Shown here one piece after another: positions 1 through 13,596 of a DNA stretch of 64,000 bases (within the stretch, counting starts at the first letter, position 1; every line of letters starts with the position of its first letter). A program made the position numbers and the translations under genes. The stretch is from Azolla caroliniana. Taxonomy: Eukaryota; Plantae; Polypodiophyta. The notes below the pieces were generated by a model. That model was not told the origin of the DNA and did no database searches. It saw only the letters and a list, made by a program, of their open reading frames with translations. Where the stretch lies: the NCBI GenBank assembly GCA_043228905.1, contig JBHGNT010000003.1, positions 8,742,001-8,806,000 of the forward strand. The letters run 5' to 3'.

Positions 1-19
1 GTTCGGGTGTCTCGCGTAC

Positions 20-2053
20 GTGCATGTTGCAAAGGACCGGAGAGGAAAGTTAGATCCAAAGACCCGGCCATGCATATTCCTCGGTTACGATGACGATGAG
101 TTCGGCTACCGAGTGTGGGACCCGGTCGACAAGAAGGTATTCCGGAGTCGAGATATTATCTTCATGGAGGACAAGACGCTCGCCGACTGGGAGTTGGAGA
201 AGAAGATAATGAACTCCGAGTCGACCAGTAAGGATAGACTCTACGATGAGCAGACCCAACTGGCAAGAGACCGGTTAGCACTCGAGGAACCAGCCGGTTA
301 CGGTGAGGATACCGAACCGGCAGAAGAAGAAGTAGAGGAAGCTGAGACCGGAACCGGCCAAGACCCCGAATCGGATTCGGAAGAAGAGCAAATGGAGGAG
401 CTGGTTACCGAAGCCCGAAGACGTAGATATCCTCTCAGAGAGAGAAGGGCGCCCCGGAGATTTCCGGATGCAGAGCATGTTCTGCTGACCGATGAGGGGG
501 AGCTGGAAAGCTTCGAAGAAGCGAAGGAAGACACCCACAGCCGAAAATGGTTAAGTGCCATGAAGGATGAGATGGATTCCCTGCATGAGAACCATACGTA
601 CGAATTGGTGGAGCTGCCGAAAGGAAAGCGGGCACTCCGAAACAAGTGGGTGTACAAGTTGAAACTGGGAGATGCCGGCAACCCCCCGAGATACAAAGCC
701 AGGATCGTGGTGAAGGGGTTCCAGCAGAAGTAGGGCGTGGACTTCGACGAAAAGATGACCTCCATCTGGACGGTGCTGAGTATAGCAGCAAGCATGGACC
801 TCGAGGTAGAGCAGCTGGACGTGAAGACGGCATTCCTTCACGGCGACCTCGAAGAGGAGATCTACATGCAGCAACCGGAAGGATTTGTGGAGAAAGGGAA
901 GGAGCACTTGGTATGCCGGTTGAAGAAGAGCCTATACAGACTAAAGCAGGCTCCCCGGCAATGGTATCGGAAGTTCGACACCTTCATGACCGATCAAGGG
1001 TACCACAAGACGTAGGCCGATCACTGCGTGTTTGTGAAGAAGTTCGAAGGAGGGGACTTCTTGATACTCCTCCTGTACGTGGATGACATGTTGATCGTCG
1101 GACGTGACCAAGTAAAAATATGGATGCTGAAGAAGGCTCTCAACCGGACCTTCTCAATGAAAGACTTGGGTCCGGCAAGACAGATGTTGGGGATGCACAT
1201 CATCCGTAACCGGAAAGCGAAGCAATTATGGCTGTCACAGGAGAAGTACGTGACAAAGGTGCTTCACCGGTTCAACATGTCAGATGCAAAACCGGTCGGA
1301 TCGACACTTCTGGCAAACTGCAAGCTATCCGGTAAGCAAAGCCCGAAGACGAAAGCAGAGAAGGCGGATATGATGAAGATCCCATATGCCTCTGCTGTCG
1401 GGAGCTTGATGTACGCAATGGTTTGTACGCGACCGGACATAGGATACGCAGTCGGAGTAGTGAGCCGGTTTATGAGCAATCCCGACAAGGAGCACTGGAA
1501 CACGGTCAAATGGATACTCCGGTATTTGAAGGGCACTTCAAATATGTGTCTCCGATTCGGCTCCGGAAAACCTGAACTGGACGGTTTCACCGATTCGGAC
1601 ATGTCGGCTGATGTGGATACCAGCCGGTCTACATCCAGATATGTGATGACATATGCAGGGGGAGCTGTTTCGTGGCAGTCAAGGCTGCAGAAGACGGTTG
1701 CATTGTCAACCACAGAGGCGGAGTACATGGCGGCTGTGGAAGCCGGCAAGGAAATATTATGGATGAAGGACTTCATCGGAGAGCTCGGTATCCGGCAAGA
1801 GGAATACCGACTATACTGCGACAGTCAAAGTGCCATCCACCTTGCTAAGAATGTGGCCTACCATTCTCGGACGAAGCATATCCAGCGGAGGTATCACTGG
1901 ATCCGGGAAAGAGTAGATGACCAGGAGTTTGCACTGACGAAGATCCACACGGCCGAGAACGGGTCAGATATGCTGACCAAAGTGCTGACACCCGACAAGC
2001 TGGACGCATGCCGGAAGAGGATCGGACTGGTAAGACACCCCATGCCGGAGTGA
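20..2053 (+). pseudogene. copia pol (INT C-term, RT, RNase H) with in-frame stops
   Basis: ORFs 20-733, 737-1015 and 1028-2053 share one frame and are separated by TAG stops. Motifs: RYKARIVVKG, LDVKTAFLHG, YVDD, ALSTTEAEY, TKHIQRRYH. Confidence 0.9.
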
Positions 2054-2063
2054 AGGGGGAGTT

Positions 2064-2715
2064 TGTTGGGAGACAGGTCCCTCCGGATGGGAAGGGAGAA
2101 GATCAGTGACGATAAACAAACTCGGCCGAGGCCGAGGCCGAATTCGTATGAGGAGTACCCGACTACGAAGAGCTGGATGGTGCAGGCCCGGTATGAACCG
2201 GATGAGGAGTACCCGGCTACGGAGAGCCGGATGGTGCAGGCCCGGTATGAACCGGAGGAAGAGACATATTCGTAAATATGTTTCTGAGAGCCCATTGTGG
2301 CTATATTTGTAAATAGCCGAAAAGTCATATTAGCATAAATATGACCTAGGGCAAACTAATATTATGTTGTTGTTGTCATTTTCTTGTTGGTGCAAGAAGA
2401 AGAGAGAGTGTGTAACTGTATAGAGAGAGAGAGAGAGAGACGAGGTCGTTGCCTTTGTTGTAACCGCCGCCTGTGGCGAAGATCGTGAGTCCGAGGTCGT
2501 TGCCTCCGTGAGCTCACTGTTTTGTACATTCTTACATAGTGACAGTTTGCAGCTTGTGGGCTGCCGTGGTTTTTCCCCTAGTTTGGGGTTTTCCACGTAA
2601 ACCTCCTGTGTATCTTCCTCTCCTTTGTGTCGTGTTCTATTTCCCGTTTTCTGTGTATCATTCTAAGCTCGGTTGTGGCCGAGCGTTGTGCACAAGGAAC
2701 ATTGGGTTTCCGTCA
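2064..2715 (+). repeat. 3' LTR of copia A, with ~54-bp internal tandem repeat
   Basis: TGTTGGG...CCGTCA, follows the PPT, homologous to the solo LTR at 23255-24015. Confidence 0.9.
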
Positions 2716-3230
2716 CGTACCTGGTTTGAAATGCCGTCTTCCACTCATCTCCAGGCTTGATATGTACCAAGTTGTAGGCGCCTTTGAGATCAATTTTGGA
2801 AAATATACGCTCAGCCCGAAGTTGGTCAAGGAGCTCGGGGATTAGAGGTAGTGGAGAGTGATTTCGAACAATGACTCGATTGAGCCCGCGATAGTCAATA
2901 CATAAGTGTACAGTATCATCTTTCTTTTTGACAAATAGAATAGGAGAGCCAACTCGAGTTTTTGAGTGGCGAATGAATCCCTTTGCGAGATTTTCTTCAA
3001 TGTATATTTTGAGGGCCTTGAGTTTAGGTTCAGATAACCCATGGATAGGGCCGAAAGGAGGACAAGCACCATCTTTCAAGTCAATTGGAAAATCGTATGG
3101 GCGATGTTCAAGCAGGCGATCAACATTTTTCTTCTCAAATACATCAGAGAAATCATTGTATTTCGACGGAAAAGAGCTACTACTTAGGGTAATGTTTGGA
3201 GTGGACATGACCGCCATGTCCTTAGAATTA
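2716..3230 (-). pseudogene. Ty3/gypsy (Tcn1-like) RT N-terminal fragment, interrupted by copia A
   Basis: HRPYDFPIDL, PILFVKKKD, IDYRGLN, KIDLKGAYN, DEWKTAFQTRY. Same motifs as elements C, D and E. Confidence 0.85.
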
Positions 3231-3404
3231 GAAATGGATGCAATTAACTCCATATCACTTACCCAAACAAGAGTGGTATCTGTTTCCGAGGCCGACGCGG
3301 TTGGAACTATCAATGTTGTTTCTATTGGAGCAATCGTTGACATGGTTCTTGTTGAAGAGGAAATGGGAGTGGCCACTAATGTGGTCCTCACTAGAGCAGA
3401 AACG

Positions 3405-3850
3405 GAAGTTGTAAATAGTCTGAATGAGCGCCCCATGAGGGCTAGGTATGTAAATAGCCAGAAAGTTGGGTAAGTATATATGTAACTAGGGAAAACTTCA
3501 AGTGAATACGATGATGAATAGAAGATAGTGTGTGTAGGAACAATAGAAGTAAAAAAAACGTAAGAGAGCGTGAGAGAGAGAAACGTGAGCCGCGCCATAG
3601 CTGTGTGAGTAATAGTAGACGCCAAGAGCCCTGCGTGGCTGATACACTCGACAGAGTGTTGTAATCATCTCTGTATTGTATATCCACTATCCATAGAGAA
3701 GATTTTGTTACCGTGGTTTTCTCCCGTTTTAGGGTTTCCATGTAAATCTCTATGCACTCTTGTTTATCTTGTCTTTCTGGCATTTCTGTAATTCGTATTT
3801 CAACATTGTCTGTTCATTGTGAATTAAATTTCCGCATCGATTTCTTAACA
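3405..3850 (+). repeat. copia-type LTR remnant related to the A LTR (left boundary uncertain)
   Basis: Shares TGTAAATAGCC...CTAGGG-AAACT and CCGTGGTTTT...GGGTTTCCA-GTAAA blocks with the A LTR; ends TTAACA. Confidence 0.5.
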
Positions 3851-4561
3851 CATATGATGAGTGGGAGTAAACTTTAGTTCTATTTTCTTTTTTTCAATGA
3901 GATCACGAAGGAAACGATGTTTGAAGTCCACATGGTGTATATTGTTACTCATCTTCAGATTAAAGTCACTCTTGGAATACTAAATAAATTAAATTCCTTG
4001 CCAACAAATTACAACACCAACTAGTGTGTAGACATAGTGTCATGGATATATCCAATGTAAGCATAAAAATAAGAAAATAAAGAGATGTGTGAAAAAGAAA
4101 GATTTTGATCCAACCGACCACCTCTGAGTGAAGGGATCAAGTTGGACTCAAGTCCTAAATAATGTCCAATACCTAGTACCGTCGCACACTGACGACAAGA
4201 GTTTACTCACTTTGTAATCGAATGATATCCCAATGAGGTTAGCTAGGCTTCATATTTATAGCTAGACCCAAGGTTCTCAAGCAAGTTCACACTTGGACCT
4301 TAAGTGTTGTCTTAATCCCTAGGATTAAAACTAATCCTCCCTTCTTTACATTTTGTATTAACCCCTCATACTCTTATCCTCGTGTGTACAAAATTATGCC
4401 AAAACCCACCATGAGATAAGTCATAATTATGCTTGTAACATACCCCCTCTTTAAGACATTTCACTCTTGCAATGAGAAGGTAAGGAAGTTAGTTGTAATG
4501 GTGTTTTCGCATTCCCATATAGCATTTTTTAAGTATGGCCATTCACTTAGTTTAGAGGGTA

Positions 4562-5881
4562 TGTTGAGCGAGCAAGCTCAACGTGGGCTGGATCGGGTGA
4601 AGACCAATCGGCTAGGCCTGGATCGAATCAGATGAGCCGGATCAGTTAGATAGATCCGTGTGGAGCTAGTAGGCTGTTAGAGGACAACGATCCTAGACTA
4701 CTAGGAAGTTATATTCCTAGGAGTTAGTGTCAATAGGTCAATTCTGAGCATTGAAGTTCTTTTCAGTACTTTGGTCAGTCCTTTAAGGACTTGTATAAAA
4801 TTGCCCTCTAAGCACATTGTATGTACAAAGTGTTATTTTGAAATTGACTTTTCTTCATTGTGCTCACTCTATCTCTCCCGAGTGCTCTATGTGTTCTCCA
4901 TTGAATCTCTATTTTTTCTGTTGCTATCCAGTTGAGTTGGTTATGTTTATTTTATTCCACACGCTGTCATGAAAATACGACAAAGATATGTGAACTTGAG
5001 GCAGGACCCTGGGGACCTCCGACCAAAGGATACCAGATTCGTGCATTTATGTTTTATGAATTAACTTAAATGAGAAAGTTTGTTATTTTACATTAGCAAA
5101 GAAAAGAAAAATTACGAACTATCCCAAGATTGGGATTACAAAAGTTTTAGGCTTCCAAAGATTAACAGATTAACAGATTAATAGATTAATAGATTAACAG
5201 ATTAACAAATTAACAGATTAGGGTTTTGTGGATTTTTGGTTTCTTTTAGAAATTTTGGTTCGGGTTTATGAGATATGGCTTCGATAAGAAATATTAAGGT
5301 TCTCGAGTGATAGATTAAATAAGGAAAATTAGGGTTAGGGTTTATGAGATATGGCTTTGATAAGAAAAATTAGGGTTAGGTTTTTTAAGTGATCCCTTTT
5401 TCCTTCCTAAGGATTCCGGGTCTTTTTCCACCTGAAGATATTTGCCTTGCATGATGGAACTCCAGTTACATGCGTCCCACATGGAGTTTACTTTAGTTGC
5501 ATGGCCTCCACGTTCAGTTGCATGCGTCTCCACATTTACTTTGGCACGTACACTACGGATCGCCCCAACCATTCCAGTCATTCTAAACCGTTCCGAACGC
5601 CCAGATATGAACTGATGGGTTCTGGGTCTACTTATATACAACTATATCCGATGTTTTCCTGTTAATGTGGGATATCTTACAAATCTATTCCCCCATCTTC
5701 TCCAGCTTCATACACACATAACTGAATACGTAGTTTTTCGTTTCATACGTAGTAAAATGCGTTTGGAGGCTCTTGAAGACATCCATCTTTTCGTACCAAG
5801 CCATTAAGCTAATCTAAATTAATTATTTCATTATTTTTCATATCGTGTGTGAAGAACCACACGACAACGCTAACCTTCACA
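4562..5881 (+). repeat. 5' LTR of copia B (split by solo LTR 4965-5866)
   Basis: TG start, ends ...CCTTCACA immediately before the PBS. Confidence 0.85.
4965..5866 (-). mobile_element. Solo LTR, probably H-like Gypsy lineage, 4-bp TSD ACGC
   Basis: Termini TGTCATG...CACGACA, ACGC at 4961-4964 and 5867-5870. Internal (GATTAACA)n repeat at ~5160-5220. Orientation inferred from weak similarity of the left end to the H U5. Confidence 0.7.
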
Positions 5882-5892
5882 TGGTATCAGAG
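5882..5892 (+). promoter_or_regulatory. PBS of copia B (tRNA-iMet)
   Basis: TGGTATCAGAG directly after the LTR end. Confidence 0.85.
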
Positions 5893-6829
5893 TGTGAGGG
5901 TTGAGAATCCTCTACTGCCGACAAGCATTCAACACAAACAAACCCCAGAGCCCGGTAAGAATAGACAAGAAGAAGAAAATGGACAGAAGCATGGCAAGCC
6001 CACTTCCAACCGAAAAGCTCAATCGGAGCAACTACGCATCTTGGTCCTACAAGATGCACTAGTGCATGCTTGGGCACAGTTACTTGAGCTATGTGGAAGG
6101 AGTGAATGAAGTAGCACCGGAATCAGCACACAAGGATTTTCCGGTGTGGGAATAGCAATGGGCCCGGTTTCGTCTCAAACCGAACCGAACCGTTAAGTCA
6201 TGGCTTACTGGTTTATAGGTTCAAAGCTACATAAATAGTTTGGTTTGGTTTCAAAGGATATTGTTTGGTTCGGTTTCGATTCAGTTCAGTTTTTGGGTTT
6301 CATGGTTTAGCAATTTAGCGGCTTATCGGTTTACTCTCCACTGCTCTACCTCTATAGACTACTACCTCCTCCTCATCCTGACTCCTCCTCCTACTACAGT
6401 CTACTATAACACATTACACAGGTGAAATAAACACCCTCTCTCTCTCTTGAGTCTCATCTCATCTCTATTAGACTCTTTTCAAAGGTATGACATCTTAATT
6501 TTTCTTAAATCTATTAGCCTCTTTTCAAAGGTGGAACTTCACTTTGTTTCTTTGTGCAAGCATACACCTAGCCTAGATCACATCAAGCGTCTTGACTTCC
6601 CTTTCAAACTAGGCACATGTAACTTTTTTGTTTGAATTATAAACAATTTCACTATCCATGTAAGCCAATAGGTTCATTGGCTTCAACTCTTTTGAGTTCT
6701 CATGGCTTAAAATGAGTCCAACTTATTTCATATCTTCCACAATTCTAACCTTACTAGGCTAGAACTCTTCTCTCATATGATAATTTTTACTCTTCCAGAT
6801 TTGTAAATAACCTTTAGAAAGGGAGCCTT

Positions 6830-6915
6830 TCATGCCTTGTTTTCCAATCTCATCACTTCAATCTTGTTTGCCTCTTGCATGCCCAAATCAACATAGATAT
6901 TACTCATGCAAAGGT
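6830..6915 (-). pseudogene. C-terminal end of PPR E-domain (continuation of 25599-26255)
   Basis: Reads CMSNIYVDLGMQEANKIEVMRLENKA* and joins in frame to ...QLDEKDDPTYI at 25599. Confidence 0.8.
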
Positions 6916-9900
6916 TATCAAAACAAAGTAAGAGATTGAACGATTGAAGGAAGGTATAAGAGAATAGAAGAAGAGAGGAGAATGGATTGATAAGAGAAGA
7001 GTGGGTTTATTAGAATAGAATGATTACAAGGATGAGTTGGATACAAGGTGGGCTTGGAGCTAAAGATTGGTGTTGATTTTAATTGATTTGAGGATACATG
7101 TATGCCCTTATTTATAGGTTCCTATAGAATAGCTTAAAGATAAGTAGCTTTTATCTTCTCAGATGACAATAAGCTATCTTAATGGTTGAGGTTTCCAACT
7201 ATGGATTACAAGGTTTGAGGTTCAAGTCCGGGTGACACCATAATGGTCATGTGTTCATGACACAGTCTTGGGTTCAAGTCTAGAAGAAGAATATTGTTCA
7301 CGCATTCATGACACTATCCCTCCTCTTAAACGATGAGTGGAAGGAGTTGTTAACAATGCAAGGTCAGGTTTGTTGGGATAGTGGTGATGGAAGTCGTCGA
7401 TAAGAGCTTGATCGTTACAAACATTATCGACGGGTTCCCATGTGTGATTGCTCGGGGTATAGCCTAGCCAATCAACTAGATAATAGAACTTATTGCGCAC
7501 AATCTTAGAATTGAGAATGGCGGATACCTCGTACTCTGGGCCATCAACAAGTTGGAGAGGAGGTGATAGTGGCACGACACGATTGGGAATCGAGCTGGTG
7601 TGGCAAGGTCCCAAAAGAGAGTTGTGAAAGACTAGATGAAGCCGCAAATTTGGAGGAAGATCAAGACAGAACGTTGCATCATTAATCCGATTCGTGATGA
7701 CAAAAGGACCCAAGTGTTTATAATCTAGCTTATCACCAGGTTGAGTAGTCTTTATGTGACGGCGTAACAAGCATACCCGATCACCAACCTAGAATGGAGA
7801 TGGAAGACGATGTCGATCTACGTGGGCCTTATGTTGGGCTTGTCCTTTCTGAAGATGGGAAGACAACTCGGACTGGAGGTGTTGGAGTCGGTGGAGGTGC
7901 TACTCCACACTAGGGTTTGGTGAGATCACTCGAATGTCCAAGAGACACTATCGAGGATAGTTGCCAGTATAGGCATAGAAAGGTGTGACCTTGCTAGAAG
8001 AGTGTATGGTGTTATTGTATGAAAACTCTGCAAGATGCAATATATGACTCCAATCATCGTGTTGATATCTGATGAAACATCGAAGATACTGCTCAAGTGT
8101 TTGATTTGTGCGCTCTGTTTGGCCATCAGTTGCAGGATGATATGCTAAAGAGAGTTTGCAAGAGATTCGGAGCCCGTCACATATGTACTTCCAAAAGTGA
8201 GATATAAATTGCGGAACATGATCACTAATTATGTCATTTGGAAGACCATGATGACGAAATACTTCACGCATAATGATATTTGTTGTTTCTTGACTACTGA
8301 TGCTTTTTACGTAGGGCAAGAAATGTGCCATCTTGGTAAATCGATCCACTATGGTTAAAATAGCATCAAAACCCTGTGAAGGTGGCAGATCTGTAATGAA
8401 TTCCATAGAAATTGACTGACAGGGCTTGCTTGGAGTCGACAATGGTTGTAACAACCCATAAGGATGATGTCTAGGCATTTTAGCTCGACAACATGTGTCA
8501 CATGTGCGAATGTAATCTTCAACAAATTGTTGTAAATGAGACCACCAAAATGATCGCTTCACTAGCTCCATGGTCTTAGCAATACCAAAGTGTCCAGCCA
8601 TACGACCATCATGACAGTGTTCCAACACTTGAAGGCGTGGTGATCCATCAAGGACATAAAGGAGATTCTTGTAGAAAAGTAAGTTATCTTGCCACTTGAA
8701 CTCAGTATAGTGTCGAGATGTCCTTGGCAATGTGGAGCAAAATGCATGATTTGGACTAAGGTGGGCGAAGACATCCTTAGCAAAATCATCACAATGAAGT
8801 TGTTGTCGAATAGTAGCAAGAAGACTTGAATCAAGTGGCGTGGCACAAACCGTGGTTGCTTGTAGTTTTGTTGGACCAAGGAGAACTTGCCTTTGATTGT
8901 CGAAAGCTGGATCTCCCGGGCAAAGTGCCAAACATGAGCGTTGAGATAGAGCATCTGCTTGCCCTTGTTGTTTCCCTGGGCAGAAAATGATCTTGAAATC
9001 AAAATGAGTTAAAAATTGCACCCACTGAGCTTGTCGCCTATTTAGCACTCGAGTCGTCTAAAAATATGTAAGATTTTTGTTGTCACTATAAATGATGAGT
9101 TGATGAGGAGAACCTTCCAAGAAATGTCACCATTGCACAAAAAAGTCGACCACAGCTAGTAACTCTTTGTCATGCACCTCGTAGTTGAGCTCCGCAACAT
9201 TAAATTTTCTTGAGTGAAACGCGATTGGATGCAATTGCCCATCTTCATCTGGCTGAAATAGGATGCTCCCCAATGCAAAGTCGTATGCGTCTGCCTCAAT
9301 GATAAATGACTTTTCTGGATCAACATGAGCTAAGACAAGAGCTTATGTGAATGCCTCTTTCAACTAAGTAAAGGCTTCGTCTGCTTCAGGAGTCCAAACA
9401 AATGTTGGATTTCTCTTGGTCAGTTGAGTGAGCGGCAATACAATCTTCGAATAATTCCATATGAATTTGCGGTAGAAGTTGGCAAATCCAAGGAAACACT
9501 AGACATCGCAGACGGAACTTGGAGTATGCCATTCCGATTTTGTTTGAACTTTCATTGGATCCATGAAGATACCTTTGGATGAAATGGTATACCCAAGAAC
9601 TCAACTTCTTTGCAATCAAAACTACACTTCTCTAGTTTGGCATAAAGACCATACTCTCTTAATAAGCGTTAGAGTACCATCTGCACATGTATATCATACT
9701 CCGCCTGTGTTCTAGAGTAAATCAATAGATCATCTAAATAGATGATGAGAAAGATATCAAAAAAATCTCGGAAAATGTCATTTGCCATATGTTGAAACAC
9801 GGCGGGAGCATTTCTAAGCCGAAAAGGCATGACTATATACTCGAAATGGCCATACCGAGTGCGAAATGCAGTCTTCCACTCATCTCTCGGTCGAATACAG

Positions 9901-11748
9901 ACAAGGTTATTTGCCCCACCAATGCGCTGTAAAAGACTGGAAATTAAAGGTAGAGCATAGCTATTTCTTATTGTCACTTTATTTAATCCACGATAATCCA
10001 TGACCAAACAAAGTGAGCCGTCCTTTTTCTTCACGAAAAAGATAGGAGCACCAACTGGAGACTTTGAATGTCGAATAAATCCACTTGCAAGATTCTCGTC
10101 AATGTATGCTCGATGAACCTCAAGCTCCATTGGTGACAGATTGTAGATCGGACCCCATGGTGTCTCTTTTCCTGGATGTAGATCAATGGGACAATCGTAT
10201 GGCCGATGCTTTGGAAGTACACTAGCTTTGACTTTGTCGAAGACATCAACATATTCTTGATCCTTTTTAGGAATGTAGCCCTCTGAATTCCCTTGAGTGT
10301 CGCTAGAAGGTGCAACTGATATGGCAAATAAGAATAAATCTTCTTTTGCTCCGTCTTGGTATAATTGTTGTAGGGCGATGGTTGCAATCTGATGAAGAGG
10401 AACAACATATTTGGTAGAGCGTGAATTGGTAACACTATGTTTTTCAAGGGGAGAATCCTGGTTTCGACCCTTGACTACTATGTTTTCTTTTGAAGGGCAC
10501 CTAATTTCTCGTTGTGTCGAATCAATTATTGGGTTGTGTAGCTCGAACCATGGCAAACCAAGGACTATTGGATGCTCTGGGCTACGGATTATATTAAAGG
10601 AAACTACATATCCTAAATCACCTAAGAGTATGTGTATTGGCTCAAACTCCTCGAATATCTTTCCAGAAGCTATGGGACGACCATCAATCACTATTACGGA
10701 AACTGGGCAAGGAAGTTTATGCATGGCTATTTGATGTTTCCGGGCAAAATCTCTATCCATGAAACAAGAATTGGCCCTGGTATCTAAGAGAGTTGGGACA
10801 TGAAGTTGACAACTTGGTGTCCTAATTTGTACTTGGGTTGAGAAAACTCTACTAACATGCTTGGACGAGATGGAACCCACACTAGGTTGTACAGATCTAG
10901 GACTGTCCAACCAAACAACTTCGATTTTGGCCGGACTTATTCGTTTGACTCCTCCTCTAATTGTCTTAGGACCTCAAACTTATTGGATAGAGTTGAATTA
11001 CTAGAAACACTAGTTGGCACTGTTTCAACAATGCTAGACTCATTTCTATTATCATCGTTAATGTGATGTACCTGACGTCTCGGTCTATGTAGGCACTGAA
11101 TGGCAATATGTCCTTGACCTCCACAATATAAGGATAGTCTATTTGCTCGACGATGTTGTTTCTCTTCATCCGATAGAGGTCCTCGTTGTTGGGTCATATC
11201 AATCTCCATTGGTGTCGAGCTATCCATTGGTGTTGGGCTACGTGCTCACCATGGAGTTGGAACGGGGCTATATTGTTGCCTTGGAGATTGTGTCGTCACA
11301 GATGCATAAGTTGGTGTAAATCTTGATCTTGTTTGATGCTCTTGTCGCTCAGACCGACACTTAGAAAGCCGATTATCACACCGTATAGCTCGGCTAATAG
11401 CTTCTATAAGGGATTTTGGAACCTCAGGGAAGGTAAGAAGTAAATCTTTTACATCTCCACGGAGACCCGAACGAAACTGCTCCATTAGGGCTTATTCATC
11501 CCAAGGAATATCACTTGCAATGAGATGAAAATTGGTTGCATACGTTGATGTTGGTTGATCCCCTTGCCACAGTGTGCGAATCTTGTTGATTTCTGTTCTT
11601 ACACTATCTGTGTCTACGAAGCAAGCCTTAAACTCTTTGATAAATTCTTCAAAGTAGTTAAGTAAGGGAGAATTTGCTTTTAGCAATGGAGCAAACCATG
11701 ACCCACTAACCCAAGTCGAGATGAATCCATCGGATAACGTGTGGGATG
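6916..11748 (-). mobile_element. Tcn1-like chromovirus C (5' part missing)
   Basis: 3' LTR 6916-7313, PPT 7314-7326. Chromodomain EYEVSAILNSK...YYLVDWLGY, INT, RT (YLDD), protease (LLDTRAN), gag knuckle. Many stops and frameshifts. gag is cut at 11748 by element D. Confidence 0.88.
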
Positions 11749-13596
11749 TGTCATGATATGACGACTCGAACCCATGGCCTTATGTTACATGGGTCAAGCT
11801 CTTACCAGTATGCTATGTATTGTAATACGAAGGATATTATTTTCATTTAAGTTTTACTATAGAAAATTGATGTATATTCCAGATTTTTCTAGAACATTCT
11901 AGAAACTTCAGGAGTACTCCTGAGAACACTATAAAAGGAGGCACAAGGCATTATTTCGAACCAAACCAGTTTAACGCCAATCTTAAGCCTCCTAACTACT
12001 ATTGTTTATTCTCTTAACATAATATATATCTTTTGTTATCATCATTCGATCTCTCTGTCTCTCTCTCTTCCTCACTCACTCTTTCCTTTTCTCGAGAGTT
12101 CTACACCTCATCTTTTAGTACTAATTCCTTCTCTGTCCTAATACTATTCTTGACAATACTTCTCTGTGTTAGTATTGTTCCTAACAGTTTGAACCAATTT
12201 TTTCTCCTTCCTTCTCTTCCTTTATCTTCTTACTTCTCCCTCTCTTCATATTAATCTCTTATTCCTCTTTTCTCTCATACTATGGCCACTATTAATGCTC
12301 AAGAATATCAATCCATTTTTTCGGAGTTGCAATGCTTGAAAGAGAAGTTTCTCGCATTGGAACAAGAAAATCAACAACTGTTGGGGGAGCTTTAACAAAT
12401 CTCCATAGAGAAGCAGCAGCCGCAACAACAACATGGGGAACTAGTGTTACACGTGCAACAACTCGAAGCAACTATATTCGTGATGCAACAACAAAGACCT
12501 AGTATGCAAGGGGTTCATAAAGAACCCAAGATCGGCCTTCCCATGAAATTTGATGGAACGCAATCGTAGTTTAGGGGATTCCTTAATCAGGTACGATTAG
12601 TCATTCAAATGCATCCTTGTTGATATCCCACCGATGCATCACGACTGGGTATAGTAAGCACGTTGTTAAGTGGCTCAGCTTTGGCATGGTTTGTTCCGTT
12701 GTTAGAAAAGGAATCTCCTTTACTAAACAATTTTGAAGAGTTTTAAGTGAGATTAAAGCCTTTTTTGGAGATACTGACAGCATAAGGACAACAATCAACA
12801 AAATCCGACGATTACGTTGTCGTGCCTTTCGGCTCCGGATCGTTGCGTGAGTCGGGTGGGAACCACAGAGGTCTTGGACTAGGAGAAAGAAGTTCGTGAG
12901 ATAGAGATTAATTATGAGTAAATAGCAAAGAGAAAGATAAGAAACTCGTGAATCACACGAGTATACTATATTAATTGGTACTTAGGGTGTTAAGAGAGAA
13001 GTAGACGTATAAATCGTGAATCCCACGAATAATTTTTGTATTGATTAATACTTAATCCAAATAATCAACAACCCTTTATATATTTCTCTCCTTATATAAG
13101 GAAGGAAGAGCTAAGCATGGCTTCATGTTTTTTTTTTTTTACAAAAAGTGTTCATGTGATGCTTTTTTATTTCCTAAGTATAGGGCTCATGCACGCTAGA
13201 TGTGCATGAGTTATTTTTAGTGTCTCGTGTTTTTTTTTCTTTTTCATATATTAAAAAAATACACGATTTACCTTTTAATAAAGGTATGCATAAATAAAGG
13301 TCTTATACGTATTAAATCTATATTTAAAACACTTAAGATAAGTTAATGTAATGGTAAGGTTGGGGTTTGTTAATGTGCAGGTGCAGAGTTCGAATCACGC
13401 CCTGCGCAGTAGTGAGTATTTCCTTTTTTTTACATTTATGTCTCTTTATCCGGCTCTTCCTTGCCGGTATGCCGTTTTCTTCCTTGCCGGTATGCCGTTT
13501 TCCTCCTTGCCGGTATGCCGTTTTCTTCCGGTTCTCACCGAGCACTCCATTCTCTATCCGGAGGGACAAAAATATAATTTCCACATAGTGTGCAAC

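Larger units (their letters stand above)
1..2715 (+). mobile_element. Ty1/copia LTR retrotransposon A (Tnt1/Tork-like), 3' portion
   Basis: Integrase C-terminus, RT (LLYVDDML) and RNase H in 20-2053. PPT GAAGGGGGAG at 2052-2061, then a TG...CA LTR at 2064-2715. It is followed directly by Gypsy RT sequence. Confidence 0.93.

Noticed and set aside
2663-3625. 320-aa ORF as a novel membrane-anchored RT
   Set aside because: Chance read-through across an antisense LTR remnant, a Gypsy RT fragment and the copia A LTR.
3851-4560. Possible decayed Gypsy protease/gag on the minus strand
   Set aside because: Similarity too weak to support by eye.
5325-5385. TTAGGG telomere-like repeats
   Set aside because: Only a few copies inside a solo LTR, consistent with telo-box-like motifs rather than a telomeric array.
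13340-13410. Possible true tRNA gene
   Set aside because: No convincing acceptor or anticodon stem; reported only as a tRNA-like promoter module.
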